A DNA stretch of 64,000 nucleotides, taken from Paraphysomonas bandaiensis (Eukaryota; Protista; Chrysophyceae). The stretch spans positions 248,001-312,000 of the forward strand of contig CBFFRP010000041.1 of the NCBI GenBank assembly GCA_965644295.1. The letters run 5' to 3'. Positions 1-12,973 of the stretch are shown piece after piece. A program made the translations under genes and the position numbers. The notes under the pieces are model-generated. The model saw only the letters and a list, made by a program, of their open reading frames with translations. It ran no database searches and was not told where the DNA came from. The first letter of the stretch is position 1, and every line of letters starts with the position of its first letter.

Positions 1-560
1 AGGGTGCTACGATTACTAGGAGTCCACATACGACCCGAGACTGGACCACCGCCCACCGCACACACGAACCCCACCACTCATACACACAGGAACATATCAC
101 CGGCCCGCACGAAACATTCAGGCCCTAGACAACGACGCCGCCTCCGGCAACTCCACCTATGCCTGACGCCCAAACGGTGCACTGAGACAACGCCACATTC
201 CACCACACCACCCACCTCTCAGCACACACATCTAGCACTCGGTACACTCAGGACCTTAATACAGAATCCTGTGCCTCAGAGCCAATCTCATCCCCCTGAC
301 AACAAGCGCCAATGAGTCCTAGGACACACAAGCATGGGTCAACTCACAATCAACATTAAGAACGGAAGTTGTCGCACCTTGGTGCTTGCGGCGACGCACA
401 AGCAGCTTCTGTAGCGCTAAATAGTAGGATAATAGAATTTGTGCTGATTAGTTACGGGTAGAGGTCGAAATAGCATGTCTAGCATTCAACTAGCCACAAC
501 ATTAGTGCAGGTTTTTGACGCCTATTGCTAAATAATAGGACTTTCAATAATAATATTAAA
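1..560 (+). mobile_element. Probable 3' end of a non-LTR retroelement: C/A-rich ORF tail, structured 3' UTR, short AAT-rich tail
   Basis: An open frame runs from the window edge to TGA at 313-315 (Pro/Thr/His-rich, ends ...HPPDNKRQ). It is followed by a segment (362-555) repeated at 1014-1180 that ends cctattgctaaataataggactttcaataataat. No RT motif is visible, so the class is inferred. Confidence 0.4.
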
Positions 561-1013
561 ACCTAAATTAAATTCTATAACTAATAAACTCACACAAAAA
601 AGACATTTCAAGCTATACTCAACCAGCTCTATCCCACAACAAAGTCGGACTCGCACCTTTTCGTGGTGTTTTGGGGGACAAGTACCGGAGATATTTTTCC
701 GGGAAACTAACGTGAGCCGCATATATAGTCAGCAGATATTGCTCTGCCCACTCATAGCCGAATCCTTGTGTGGTATAAGGGACACTAATAAGTGTCACTT
801 GTGTAGACGTCTTTGGGCCTTGACGAATAAACAGGCACCCGGGAATGAGCCCACCTCAAGGGCATTCGGGACAGGGCCCACCTGAAAGGTAACCGGGATA
901 TTGGGCTGCCTGCTGAAGTCAAGCCTCCGGGATGTTCACCTTAAAGACTCTTAAAACCTAAAGTTAGCAGATGTCAGGTATATCAACATTCTGCTTGCTC
1001 ATAGAGCGATAGA

Positions 1014-1180
1014 GCGGAGGTGGTTGCACCTTAACCTCCGTAGCGTTTAATAGTAGGATAATAGAGTTTGTACTAGTTAGTAAAAGGTAGACGTCTATCT
1101 AGCTTGACTAGCTTTCTTCTAGCCACTAAACTGGTGCTGATCCTTAACGCCTATTGCTAATAATAAGACTTTCAATATAA
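1014..1180 (+). repeat. Second, diverged copy of the structured 3'-end repeat
   Basis: tagcgtttaatagtaggataatagagtttgtactagttag...cgcctattgctaataataagactttcaat aligns with 412-548. It is preceded by a frame ending ...EVKPPGCSP* near 944. Confidence 0.75.
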
Positions 1181-1631
1181 CCAGCTCCGAGCAGCCATGT
1201 ACACAACAAGAAAGGAAAAATTGGGAAGCTAAAAACATTAAGTGCGTAGAGTGAACTAATTACTTATCTACTAGTGACTGTAATTACGAGAAAGAAGTTT
1301 TTGTTTTCAGTAAACGCATTTTATTTTTACTCTTTAGTTACTCAGCGTAACTTATCGTAGTGAGTGGTAAACATAAACATGCCATGTACATATATATATA
1401 TACATACAGCCACACGCTCGAGCTGATCCATATCCATACACACAACTGTATCAAACCATTCAGTTTCAGGAATATAGAGGCGCAATAGCATGTGTCATGG
1501 TGGTTGTTCGTGCAGTAGATAGATCTCAATTGCTCTGATCTTTTCAAGGATGTTTCATCGGATCAGGCAGATATTTTCATATCCGCCTATGGAGCCGACG
1601 GTATGCCTATAGGCGGCTGGTTCGCTTGACA

Positions 1632-1745
1632 CACTGTAAAAATCCTAATCTAGATATGCAAGTATTCGAAATATTGTGATATAAAATCGAGATATTCTAG
1701 ATATAAAATCGAAATATTGTGATATAAAATCGAGATATTCTAGAT
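1632..1745. repeat. CACTG-type terminus followed by 21/22-nt subterminal tandem repeats (possible CACTA/EnSpm end)
   Basis: cactgtaaaaa at 1632, then about two copies of tcgaaatattgtgatataaaatcgagatattctagatataaaa (1666-1745). No partner terminus was found. Confidence 0.35.
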
Positions 1746-1959
1746 TATTCGGTCGAAATCTGGAAATGCCACAGGGATTGACCCACTATAGATTTTAGTT
1801 GCTGTGTGTTTTCAGTTTTAGGCTGTGTCTCTCTGGAGGTGTACACATCGCTCCCTGTGTGTGTATACATCTGTGAGCAGCTGATGCAGTTGCCTGCAGC
1901 ATCTCATTAGCTGAGCATTAGCTGAGCATAAGGTGAACGCTCAGATTCATTCATCCTCA

Positions 1960-2158
1960 TGTTGGGGTTACTTAGACTATCAAACCTTTCGACATGGTTG
2001 ATATTTACTACGACCACAATCATCATACACACACATACATACACATACACATACATACACATACACATACATACACATACACATACATATGGACGACTGT
2101 CGTCGTAGTAAATATTTACTATGACGAATCCGGTTAGATCGTCTAAGTAACCCCAACA
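1960..2158. mobile_element. Foldback/MITE with ~65-bp terminal inverted repeats around a CATA/CA microsatellite
   Basis: tgttggggttacttagac...gtctaagtaaccccaaca is a perfect 18-bp IR that continues imperfectly (atatttactacgac/gtcgtagtaaatat). TG...CA ends; no TSD seen. Confidence 0.7.
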
Positions 2159-3245
2159 GACAGCATAGTGTATAGTCGGCTATTGTGATGTGGATACACG
2201 TACTCGGCTTACACTTGCAGCACCCGGTCCGAAGACCCTTGAAACTCAGGTAGACAATGCCTTGTGGAAATCCCGTTATTCACTAGGGAATGGCATGTCG
2301 ACATCAGTTACCACTTCATTCACCAGCTCATTCAACAGAATATTGTCAGGTTTACATATATTGAATAGGCTAAAATACTGCAGATACTTTTGGAGTGGCG
2401 ATTTAGATATCTTCGATCACTGCTGTTCCAGAAGAATTTCGGTAAACTACAACATGGAATTGTGTATACGACGGGAGCGATATACATTCTCTGTTATATG
2501 TCGTATCGTTTGTCATTTGTGTATATGTAAGCACATCAGTAGTGGGAGTGTGTGGTTCGACAGAAGCTCTCTTCTATCTTAATTATGATATTGACTGTCA
2601 TATGTATGTGATTTCATTATATTACACTATTATAGAGAAACCACAATCATGAGTCAACAATCCAAAGCTGATCGTCAAACACTCCGAGATATATTCCATC
2701 CTTGGTCTGCTGTGGAAAATGACAATGCTATCAGTGCAAGCGACCTATCTTCATAGCCAAGACTTTGAAGCAAGTTCAAGAACAATACAGGAGAGTTTAA
2801 GTGCCATATCTGATTCAGGTGCACTAGCAGAGGTTACGCATGTTGTATATAAATGTGATGGTGATGCTAATTAAGGCAATAAGAAGACTTTCGTGTGACT
2901 TCAGTATTCACATCATCACACTTATGTACGAATTTCAACACCTCGCAGTTGCTATTCCCTCAGTATTCTTCTATGGTAAGAGTACATTAGTTGTCGCTAT
3001 TATATATAGAAATTGTTTTTTTTTGTTTGAGTTGATCTATAGTGCAATTGCTATTCACAAAGCATACACAGTATCCATACTCCATACCATTAATTTGAAA
3101 CAATATGACTTCTCAATATTTCTTAATTTCTTCATGTTAATCAGGGAACACCTTATTCTTCTTACAGCAAGAAAGCTACTAACTACTAATAGCTATACAA
3201 TCTAATATGAAGTTTCCAACGTCATTAGGATAAGCTACAATTTAA

Positions 3246-3355
3246 CCTAGGGATAAGGAGAATCGTCCCTCGTCTAAATTTTATAACTCGGGGTTTTCGC
3301 TCTCGTTTCAAAATTTAGAGCGCGAGGCGATATGTGGCCTCCTTATTGCCCGTGG
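3246..3355. mobile_element. piggyBac-type MITE
   Basis: Flanked by TTAA on both sides (3242-3245, 3356-3359) with CC...GG termini. Internal inverted arms are gggataaggag/ctccttattgccc and tctaaatttt/aaaatttaga. Confidence 0.65.
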
Positions 3356-3826
3356 TTAAATATAACTATATATAAACATATAAACAAGAAACTGAGTTTA
3401 ATTCGTTTTAGTATCTATGTTCACCCGCTACACCTAAAGAGTTAGTGGTTTTCACCTATCACCGAGTATACACTATTTACTCTCTTCAATTGCACAATAG
3501 TATGCTGTGTCTTATCTAGAATTAAACACTCTCACTCAACTGGATGAAAAAATATATGGGTTGTGTACAGCATAAGTATATACAAATAACAGATTTGGTT
3601 TTCGCATTAGCGAAAGAGCTGGTTACCTGGTTATTACAATATATATATATATCAGGCCGGACCTGAGACTACGTTAAGAAAATGAGTATAGAAACATGCA
3701 ACACACATCATAACGAGTACACAACAGTACTAATTACACGCCAAAGCAAATATACACTGACGAAGCTAGAATAGTAGTAAACAAAACATCACGAGTTGAA
3801 AATCACACTATAATTTAACACTTGAG

Positions 3827-6800
3827 TTAAGTGTCTGATAGGAGAGGGTGGTCAGTCCGAGTGTTAAATTTCTTAAAGCACTCCAAAGCTTTCACTCGAG
3901 AGCGTTTCTTTTCAGTCTCCCCAAATGAGAAGTAGTCGAAATATTTTGATCTCTCCAAATGCCAAAATGCCAATCCCAATGTGAAGGAAGAATATTCTTC
4001 AGGGAAAAGGCCTAAACAAATGGCTGGGAGTGAGCCGTGCGACGCGTGTTTGTCCTCTGCCACAGCCAATTTCATGTTCAAAGCCTCAGTTAGAAGGGAG
4101 AGTACGGGAAATGTCCGCGAGAGTTGACACACAGCTTTCACCCCATTACTACTACATTTGCGTAAGCGGTGCAATAACCCGCCACCTGGACGACATCCCA
4201 TAATGGAATCAAAAACAATGACAAGCTTGAGGGCACAATATGTCGAGATAAAAAGAGAAAATATACCAATCGGCGTCACTTGTTCATATTGAGCTAACTT
4301 TGTAGCGGAGAAAATCACCGTCTCAACGCAATGATCTCTAGTTGAAGCTGTGCTGCTTAAATAATCCCTCCGACACACTCCAAGAAGACCCCAGAGGCAC
4401 GTGGTGTATAGGTGGCCACTGCCTCCTTTCTGCAAAGTGTCTAAATTTGCTAGTAACTTTTGCATCTGATTCCATTCCCCTCTAAATACACAAACCACAA
4501 CAGTAAAAAGTGATGTCCACATAGACATGGTCTTATGCTCGCGGTGCGATCGATCTACAGAGTGGAGAATGTTCTCTGCTTCCGATACATTTCCACTAAA
4601 GAAGCACAGCCACGCCGACATGTTCCAAACCATGTACTTCAGAGGACTGGAGTCTTTGCGGATCACAGAGCCCGTCAGAGCACAATTCAGATGCTCAAGT
4701 GCGCTTTCTATGGCTCCCATAGCTGCTTGTCTTATACCCAAATGAAAATTCAAATTTGCACTCCCAAGTGCACATTTTGACCGCGGAGTCAGAATGGAAC
4801 ATTTGGCTAAGAGCCGGTTAGATTTCCTTGAGTGCTTCTTTACATAGTGGAGAGTGGAGAGAAGTGCCATAACAGACGAAGTCATATTTAAATCAGACTT
4901 GTGTACAAGAAACGAGCTTGTGGATGCGAACTTCAAAGCTTCACCTACCTTTCCCCGCATCATTAAAGACTGTGCTTGATAATACAGCATTGCTCCGAAT
5001 GCAGTTTTCCCTGGCATTTTCAATAGTCGCGTTGAAAATTTGACAATTACTTTAGGCATGGTTGTACATAAATTCAGTCCATGCAAACATAAAAGCGCCA
5101 TATTGAAACTTTCACGAAAGTCACACATCTTGTACTTCAGAATACTCATCTCTGCTATTATGCAGTACAGTTGGATGTCTGAAATGAAAGGCTGCGCCGA
5201 ATGAAAATTCCTCTTTAAATCTGTAGGTGCCAAATATTTTTCACTGGCTAGTAGGTTATCAAAATGAATTTTCGGTCGACGGGTTTTACGATTATACTTC
5301 CTTCTAATTGATTTAGGGTAACAGGAGCACATAATCTCATCAATGGTCTGCCCTTTCGATGCAAGTGTTACAAGGTGGTGATAGTAGTTGTACGAGGCTG
5401 AGTGCATATTCTCCTGCTTAGTGCTTGCAGCAGCGAGTTCTGTGTACATTATTTCCTTCGCCACGTCATTCGCTCGAGAGTAGTGAAACGCAAGAAGCTC
5501 CACGACATTGCAAGTCGGAGACCTCATATCCAAAGACTCAGCCAAAATAGTCGCTACTATCGTATGGGCAGATTCTCGTTGCTTCTCCAGCATGATATTG
5601 TACACACTATCTGAATACCTGCGGTCTGAAAATGCATAGGTTTTATTTGAACCCATCTCTGTTCGTCTCCTTCTCAAGCTAGAGAGGCGAAATGTCCCGT
5701 CTTTTACAACATTATCGTAAGTAACATTACAACAAAATAAATAGCCTACCTTTGTAGTAATCTGCTCCTGCAACCCGCTGTATAAGTCCTCGATCTTCTA
5801 TCTCAGACAGTGCTTGGTCGAGGTATCTCGCAGTATCTATATATCCCATCCGTTCTAAAGTCTGCTGTAACAGATTCCGGGTAAATATCGTTCCACATAC
5901 AGCGGCAACCTTGAGAACCACCTGGTTGTCGTAGTTCATGCTGTCGAATTGCTCAAGTGCGGTGCCATCAACTGCGTTCTTCTGAGTCTCACCAGTAGCA
6001 GAGAAATTAGATCGGGCCACGGAAGCTTCCAGTTCTTTCACCTGTCTCATAACCATTCCAACAATACCCTTGGCGCTCTTGTGGTACACATTCGATACAA
6101 ATGCATCAGATACCGCGTTGGGCATACATTGTAACAACACAGGCCCCAGGACGTTTTCTATGATAATCTTGATATCGGCCGCACTTATTGGTTTTAAATT
6201 GATCACTTCACACAAATTGTCCAGTTCTTCGACTGTATTTAGTACTACACTCCCTTCAAACGACTCCGCACGCATATGATGGGGTTTGCGGCCAAGAGGG
6301 ATAAACGGCCTCATGCTGCCCACAAAGAAAAGAGTGTCACTCGTGTCTAGAATACGCTTTATAATATGAAATGAAGGTTTATCTGCCCACTGCAATTCTT
6401 CTATCACTAACGCCCCCAAAGAGCACTGTTTGCCAAAGCCAGATACAATTTCGACGATCATTATCTCTAACAAAGCTGGAATACGCTCTGATGTCACAGT
6501 CGCAACGAGCTCCACATCGGGGCGGGTTTTGGTGTCCAGCGCGATTCTTAATAGAGGCAAGACTTCCATGATATTAAATACAGTATCACCTTCTGGAGGA
6601 GAGGTGTCATTATCGCTACTTGATAATTTGGTAAAACCAGAGTGCGATTGACATACAAACGAGCGCATACTATTAGCTACCGACGAGAAGCCATCCACCG
6701 GTTCGAAATCCTCCAGAGTATCTTCGGTGGTGGTCATGCCACCGCAATCAAAAGTGACATTGCTTAAATTATTCTGCACCCACACATATATCCGATCGTA

Positions 6801-9295
6801 TAGGAGCTCGAATCTCTGGTCTTCATCTAATACCAAATCACAATTGCTATCCTGTGTAGTATCAAGGTCTACTGCAGATTCAACACGGCCAAGAGGTGAA
6901 GTTTTGGTGTCAAACAAAGCCTTCAACAGCTGTCGCGATGTTTCATACGGCTCTAATACATTTGCTAAATGGCAAGAAACAACAAAGAGAAACTGTATCA
7001 CTTGTTCATTTCTCTGCAGAAATTCGGTGATAACTTTCGTTTTTCCGGTCCCCTTACCACCCAGGATGATAAATTTATTCGAAGGGTAAATATTCTTACA
7101 GGAGTGAGATGATACAGGAAAGCATTGTTCAATCACACAACAATCTTGTGTATCAGAGTTTTCTATGCTATTAATGTACAAACTGAACGAATTCTGAAGA
7201 ATAGCCATTTCTTCATCCCGTCCAACAAAACACCCCCCGCGGCGACCAGTGCTCAACAGTGCCACGACTTCATCCACAGTCATGTAGGCTGTAGGGTTTT
7301 TACGCAGGTGCTGCAAGGAGTAAACTTGCACAGGAGCATCGTAGCCTTTGGCATTCAACTTTGGGAGCTTATCAAAAATAAAATCGCTGTTTACACCCAA
7401 ATATACATCACTGCTGACAATGATCTGATTATCTCGACACAGCCCCATTAGTCTTGCTGCAAGGTTAACACTGGACCCCATCATACAGTACTCCTTGCGA
7501 CTGTTGCTTCCAACATAGCCGCAGTATACCATACCCTTCGAGACCCCAATGCGGCAAATGATATTGTGACCAAGAAGCTTGTCACGAATGAGCACAGAGG
7601 CATAGACACCCCTTAGGTCATCAGAGAGTGAACTAAATCCCGGAACACCAAAGGAGCATATCACGACGCAGCCCTTATCGTCAACAACATACTGACGCAG
7701 AGCTCCACCCAGCTTCTGGAGCACTTCCAGAATTTCTATTAACGCCTGCTGTGGTCTCTCTACTTCTCCCCTATCAAATTCATCGTCTAGATTCATTATT
7801 TGTATAAATAATGTAACCACTACTCTCAGCTCGGCCAGGTGACTGGAGGTGTTGTGCACGATGGCACCACGAGCGGATTCATGCACGAATCGCTCTAACA
7901 TCTTTTGATATTCATCCGCATGCGAGGGATTCAACTTTACTATGTGCGATCCGCTAGGTCGATAATCCATATTCTGCATTCGGCATGATTCTGAGTCGGA
8001 ACACGTCTCCATGTGCAAGGCATGTGTCCGACATGAATCCTCCTCCTCTGAGAGTTTGTCCTCAAACTTGAACACAGCGTCACTATTACGCCTCTTGTAG
8101 GCATTATTTTCCGGAAATAATTTGCGGGATACAGAATCAAGTCTACTTGTTCCATCAGTGCTAATGTCCGAAGCAACACTCTTCGTACTCGCTGTGTTGG
8201 TATGGTTGTTATCAATCAAATCACTCGCTGCCACCGTAAACTTATCTGGAGTAGGGGGTGACGGAGTTTGCCCACCTATTATGAATGAAAAAGCAGTAGA
8301 TATGGAAGAAGGTGTCGTCCCGAAGGAGTCTGCCGACCCCTCACATCCAGAACTGTCTCCCTCACTATCAAAGAATACCTTCGCACTACGACGAGACGGA
8401 GATATGGTTTCAAGTGTCTGTACGAACTGCATTGCCGTTGTCACGAGAGAAAGGTTGCGCGTTTTAGGGGAGTCAGCACCAAGGATCTTGTGTGACTTAT
8501 GTACTGATGTCACACGAAAAGCACCCTTAGCCAAAACCTGTCCTGTACAGGTGTGTTTCACGTACTCGTACGCAGTTTTGGAGAGGCATAGTTCACCAGT
8601 CTTCGCCGCGGATTCGGCTGTCGATAGTTCTCGTAGCTGAGGACCGGCTATAAGAAACTCCATCCTGTTTTCATTCCCTAAAGACATACAGTGCAACTCT
8701 CCAGCGCTCATGCCGCAGTGCAGTCGAAGGCGTATTGTATGCCCACCCACAACCTCTTCGTACTGCCCACAGGTGTCGTTGAGCATATCTGATACGCATT
8801 TAGTAGCCTTGTAAACGACGTGTTGACGAGCAGACTTATCCGTATTTATCGGTGCGGTCCACACAACCAGCACAGCATCACCACAAAACTTAACAACATC
8901 ACCGCCATGTTGTTTGAATTTTCCCAAAAGGTATGTAAAGAAGTGACTGCAAGTAAAATCACTGACAAAATGATGAGAAACACAACAGCGACTCACTTGA
9001 TATGATACTTTAACTCCTCTACACTAAGAGTTGATGCCAGTTTAGTAAAACCAGAAATGTCAGCCAGAACCACAGCTGCGAATATTTTCTGTGACCATGG
9101 TCCACATTCGCTGCAGTCTGGGCTACAGTGGCCATTAGTCCAATAAGTGACAGACATTACACCGTACCTTCTCTTTATCAGTAGTTTCTGTACTGTTGTT
9201 GGCGTCAAGGATCGATACTCAGTGATAAGAGGCACTATAGAAGCGTCTTTATTATTTTCTGCAGTGGATATTCTGAGAGACGACTGTCCTGCCAT
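3827..9295 (-). CDS. Soluble adenylyl cyclase-like (ADCY10-type) protein: two class III cyclase domains, STAND P-loop NTPase, helical/TPR-like C-terminus; 3 exons
   Basis: Catalytic motifs VLADISGFTKL, KFCGDA, VDDKG and GSSVNLAARLM; Walker A GGKGTGKT and Walker B LVIEELQWAD. GT-AG introns at ~8997-8948 and 5749-5701 join the three ORFs in frame. Confidence 0.9.
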
Positions 9296-11427
9296 GTCAA
9301 CCAATCAGCACTGCTTCCAGATCCAATTTATCGTTATTCTTAGCCTCATATAAACCACATACATTAACAATGTATAGACATCACCTCTATGAGTGTTATT
9401 TCTTCTGTTTCGGTGGTGGGGCAGGCCAGCATGCGGTATATACGCGATGTCTCTGTGCATGTTATGCTGAGGCAGGCAGTCGTCGTCGTATGAATATCCC
9501 CCCCCTTTTATGCACAGTGTGTGTTATATACCAATCAATTCATGTATATATTCTATGATTGGTCAATTGGAAAATACACGACACAATACGTTCAAGATAA
9601 AGAAGGAATACAAGGGTGGAAGGAGAGGGGCGGGAGATACTGTCAAAAAATAGCTGATTTCTAGTTCAATCTCTGTGCTGGTGAGGTCAATAAATACTGG
9701 GTTTTTGTGGTGATAAAAGGTTTTCTGATTGCTCCTTCCTGAAAATCTGAAATTATCATGGCTGTGTCCTATTAAGGAGCGAGGAAAGAAGCAACTACTC
9801 AACTTGCCGATAGATTATAAGATCATCATGTTATTAGGATGATTAGAGAGTAGGATAACTATCAGCAACCAGTCATGATGATCTTATTTTACAAGTGAGA
9901 GCAAAGTGACTAATCTATTACTCGCAGCTTCTTGATGACTAGGAAACTCTCCCATTCAATATATATATATATATATAATGAGGGAATATCCCTAATCGTC
10001 AAGCATACATTTTGTGGGGAAGCAAACAGGTGTAATATTACTCGCTGATATTACCTGCCCTATTCTCCCCACCACCCTGCCCTTTTGGTTACAGTAAGTA
10101 AACATGACCTTTCTCGTAATTATGTATGACACATTTTCGTATTATGTCGCTCAGATTAGTTTTTTATAACAAACTATAGTCACAGCCAGAGAACGAAAAG
10201 GGGGCAATCACGAAGTCACTCCATACTATTGAGACAATGATGACAAGAGTATATGTATTACCTTCTACGATTTCCCAGAATTATTGATCTCACTAACTCA
10301 AAGTATATACTACATACTATATATTCACTGATTGTCTATTACCAAAGACTAAAAATGCATTTAAAAAATATATTTCTCTTCCTTTCATTGGAGGGATATC
10401 CACGAGAAGATGAGAGAGTTAAAGAGTTAAATGCATAAGCAATTGAGTTAAATTTATTTGCTACTTGCTAACAGCTAACACATACATCGTTCATTTTATT
10501 CAAATGGTAGTGTACTAGTATTAGTTGCATTTGTGTACAACTAGTGTTTGACAAAACAAATGATTGTGTGGTCGACATGAGAAGATTGACATTTCATCCA
10601 AGTAATAAGTAATTTGTGTATGTAAATTTTATTTAAGTTCAATATATTAAATCATACTTGTAGTAACACAGTATTGACTGAATTACGTTGAGAGATATAT
10701 AGTGAAATTATGATGTTTTAGCGCTGTGATTGAAGGAACGCCAATCTCCAACACCAACATTCTGTTCTACAAGTCGCATCTTGAACAGCTCTATATTTTC
10801 AGTTACTTTGTATACTTTTAATAGCTACTCCTATAGTGTAGTCCTGTATATTCTGTATTGCATCGCTACATAGAATACAGGATAGCTACTAGCGATAAGC
10901 TTCAACAAGCTACAAGTACGTACGTAGGAGTTGGTTCTAGCCTAATACACTATAAGCTATAAGAATGGTGCAGAGTCACTTCTTGACATAGTCATATCCT
11001 GACTTATGCTATTACAAGAAGGCTTGTTTAATGTTGCTGCCTATGTACGACATTTTTATAATTAGAGAATTTCTATGTTATTTTTTGCCTATTCTAGCCT
11101 CACGCGAACCCTTTCTCCTAGTGGTATTACTGGCACTGAATGCTGAGGCTATAACATCACGTTAAACGAAAATTTTGTTTACTATTATCAGTTGAGTTTG
11201 CGCTGTCTAGCATCCCCGTAGAAGATAAAGCGAAACAACTAACTCATACCTGCACTCGGAGTGCAATATAGTTAAGTAGCAGTAGCAGCAATATAAATTG
11301 CATAAGCCGTAAGAAACACCACAAATTTATCCCGAAACTCAGCATTCATTATCATATTTTTACAGTATTGAATACACATTGCCACGCCAATGGGATTACA
11401 ATAACTTGGTCAGAGTACGCCAGAAAA

Positions 11428-11842
11428 CTAGTGCTGATTCTTTTTGAGATCTTCCCTAATTTCACCAACCTGGACACCTAGAAACACCCCATTATCACGC
11501 TGGTCATCCCATTCATCGGTCTATATCAATGACACTAAGTTAAACGAATTAAAAGTATTATGTGTATGCTTACCCAAGCCTCCGGGCACACTTGAGTGTA
11601 GTGGAGCTTCGGCACTTTGCAAGCATCTTCATCACAGTCATTTTTATTCAGACAATGCAAGTACTCGTTATACTTTTGCCTATGTAAGTTTTAGATAATA
11701 TGTTATGTTTATATGATTTAGTCTACCAGCAAAACTGCGCTTGGTTCTGACCAGGAAAGTGCTTGTAGTCATATTTCACTCCCTGCTTCATCGCCATCTT
11801 AGCGATGTTTGCTGCCTCTTGGTCTGAAACATGTCCATCCAT
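11428..11842 (-). CDS. COX6B: Cytochrome c oxidase subunit 6B (Cox12); 3 exons
   Basis: Exons 11842-11727, 11679-11574 and 11520-11428 give MDGHVSD...HFPGQNQAQFCWQKYNEYLHCLNKNDCDEDACKVPKLHYTQVCPEAWTDEWDDQRDNGVFLG..., with the CX9C/CX10C pattern and FP-QNQ and W--QR--G-F signatures. Confidence 0.92.
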
Positions 11843-12973
11843 TGTAACTTAGAGTATTAGAGGTAATAAGTAGCCGGGCAATGGAATATAATTATTTTAC
11901 TTTGCCGTCCAGCAGATGAAGCAGCACATACACAGCAATTAGTGCAAGCACTGCAGCATATTGCAACATAAGCCTTGACAAAAACAGCCAAATATACACA
12001 CAAAAACCTCAGACAACAGCATAATATCTTGAACAGTCAACACATCGACTGAAAAAATGCTCATAGGTGCTCGCTCTCTGTATCGACTGTGGCACGGTAT
12101 TATTGTGGAGTATATTACCGTATACTGTATGTATTTCAACGGATGCAAGGAGTGGATGATTTGTCCCATTCCAAGCATGTCGTTAGGTTAGTTAGGGCGG
12201 GTCCAGTAGCGTGTGCTATCATAATCTTTGTGTTCTAATGTATGATAGGAACCCTCAAGATCACCATGTATTCCTTGGGCAATAGCAGCATTCTTAGAGC
12301 CTGGGTGTATCCGATGTAAGCTGCAACTCCTCAGTTAATAATACGCGTGTTAAGCAATAGTTATTAGTACTTTAGCATGATATAAAGAACTATTATATTT
12401 TTGGATTGAGAAGTTTGTATTCGTACAGACTGTGTTGACACGGCATTGACGATGAAATTCGAATACAGATGTCGTAGTAAAACAGATATTTCTTCCTGAT
12501 TTAAAGGGAAAAACTATAAGGGCACAGGCTTGATTGTTTCTGCATAATAAATAGCTTTGTAGCAACATTAATTTCTCACTCTCACAACGTTTATGATGGT
12601 GGTAAGTCATGATAATCTCAGAAAAGACTTAAGTCTAATGCTATATAATTTTTAAGGTGCGAGGTATTCTGCAATAAGATCAAATCCATCTAGAGATTAT
12701 ATTACTGCCTGATTGTACCTAGCTTATATACAAAATCACAATGCGAGACTTCAGATATTCAAAATTCTTTCTTGGTTCATATGGCTTTGGTAGTTATACT
12801 TATTACCACGTCGGATCATTCTTCCGTGTGATACATAGCTGGTAAAGCCAATAAAACTTGCATATAAAAACTGCTCGCGAAAATTTCTACATTAGTAACT
12901 TAATAAAATAAGCAAATGAAAACACGCACTGCTACTATTTCTCAAACACAACGTTGAAAAGCTTCTATATATA

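Noticed and set aside
5701-5773. Apparent frameshift between the two large cyclase ORFs
   Set aside because: Explained by a 49-nt GT-AG intron (5749-5701) that restores the frame.
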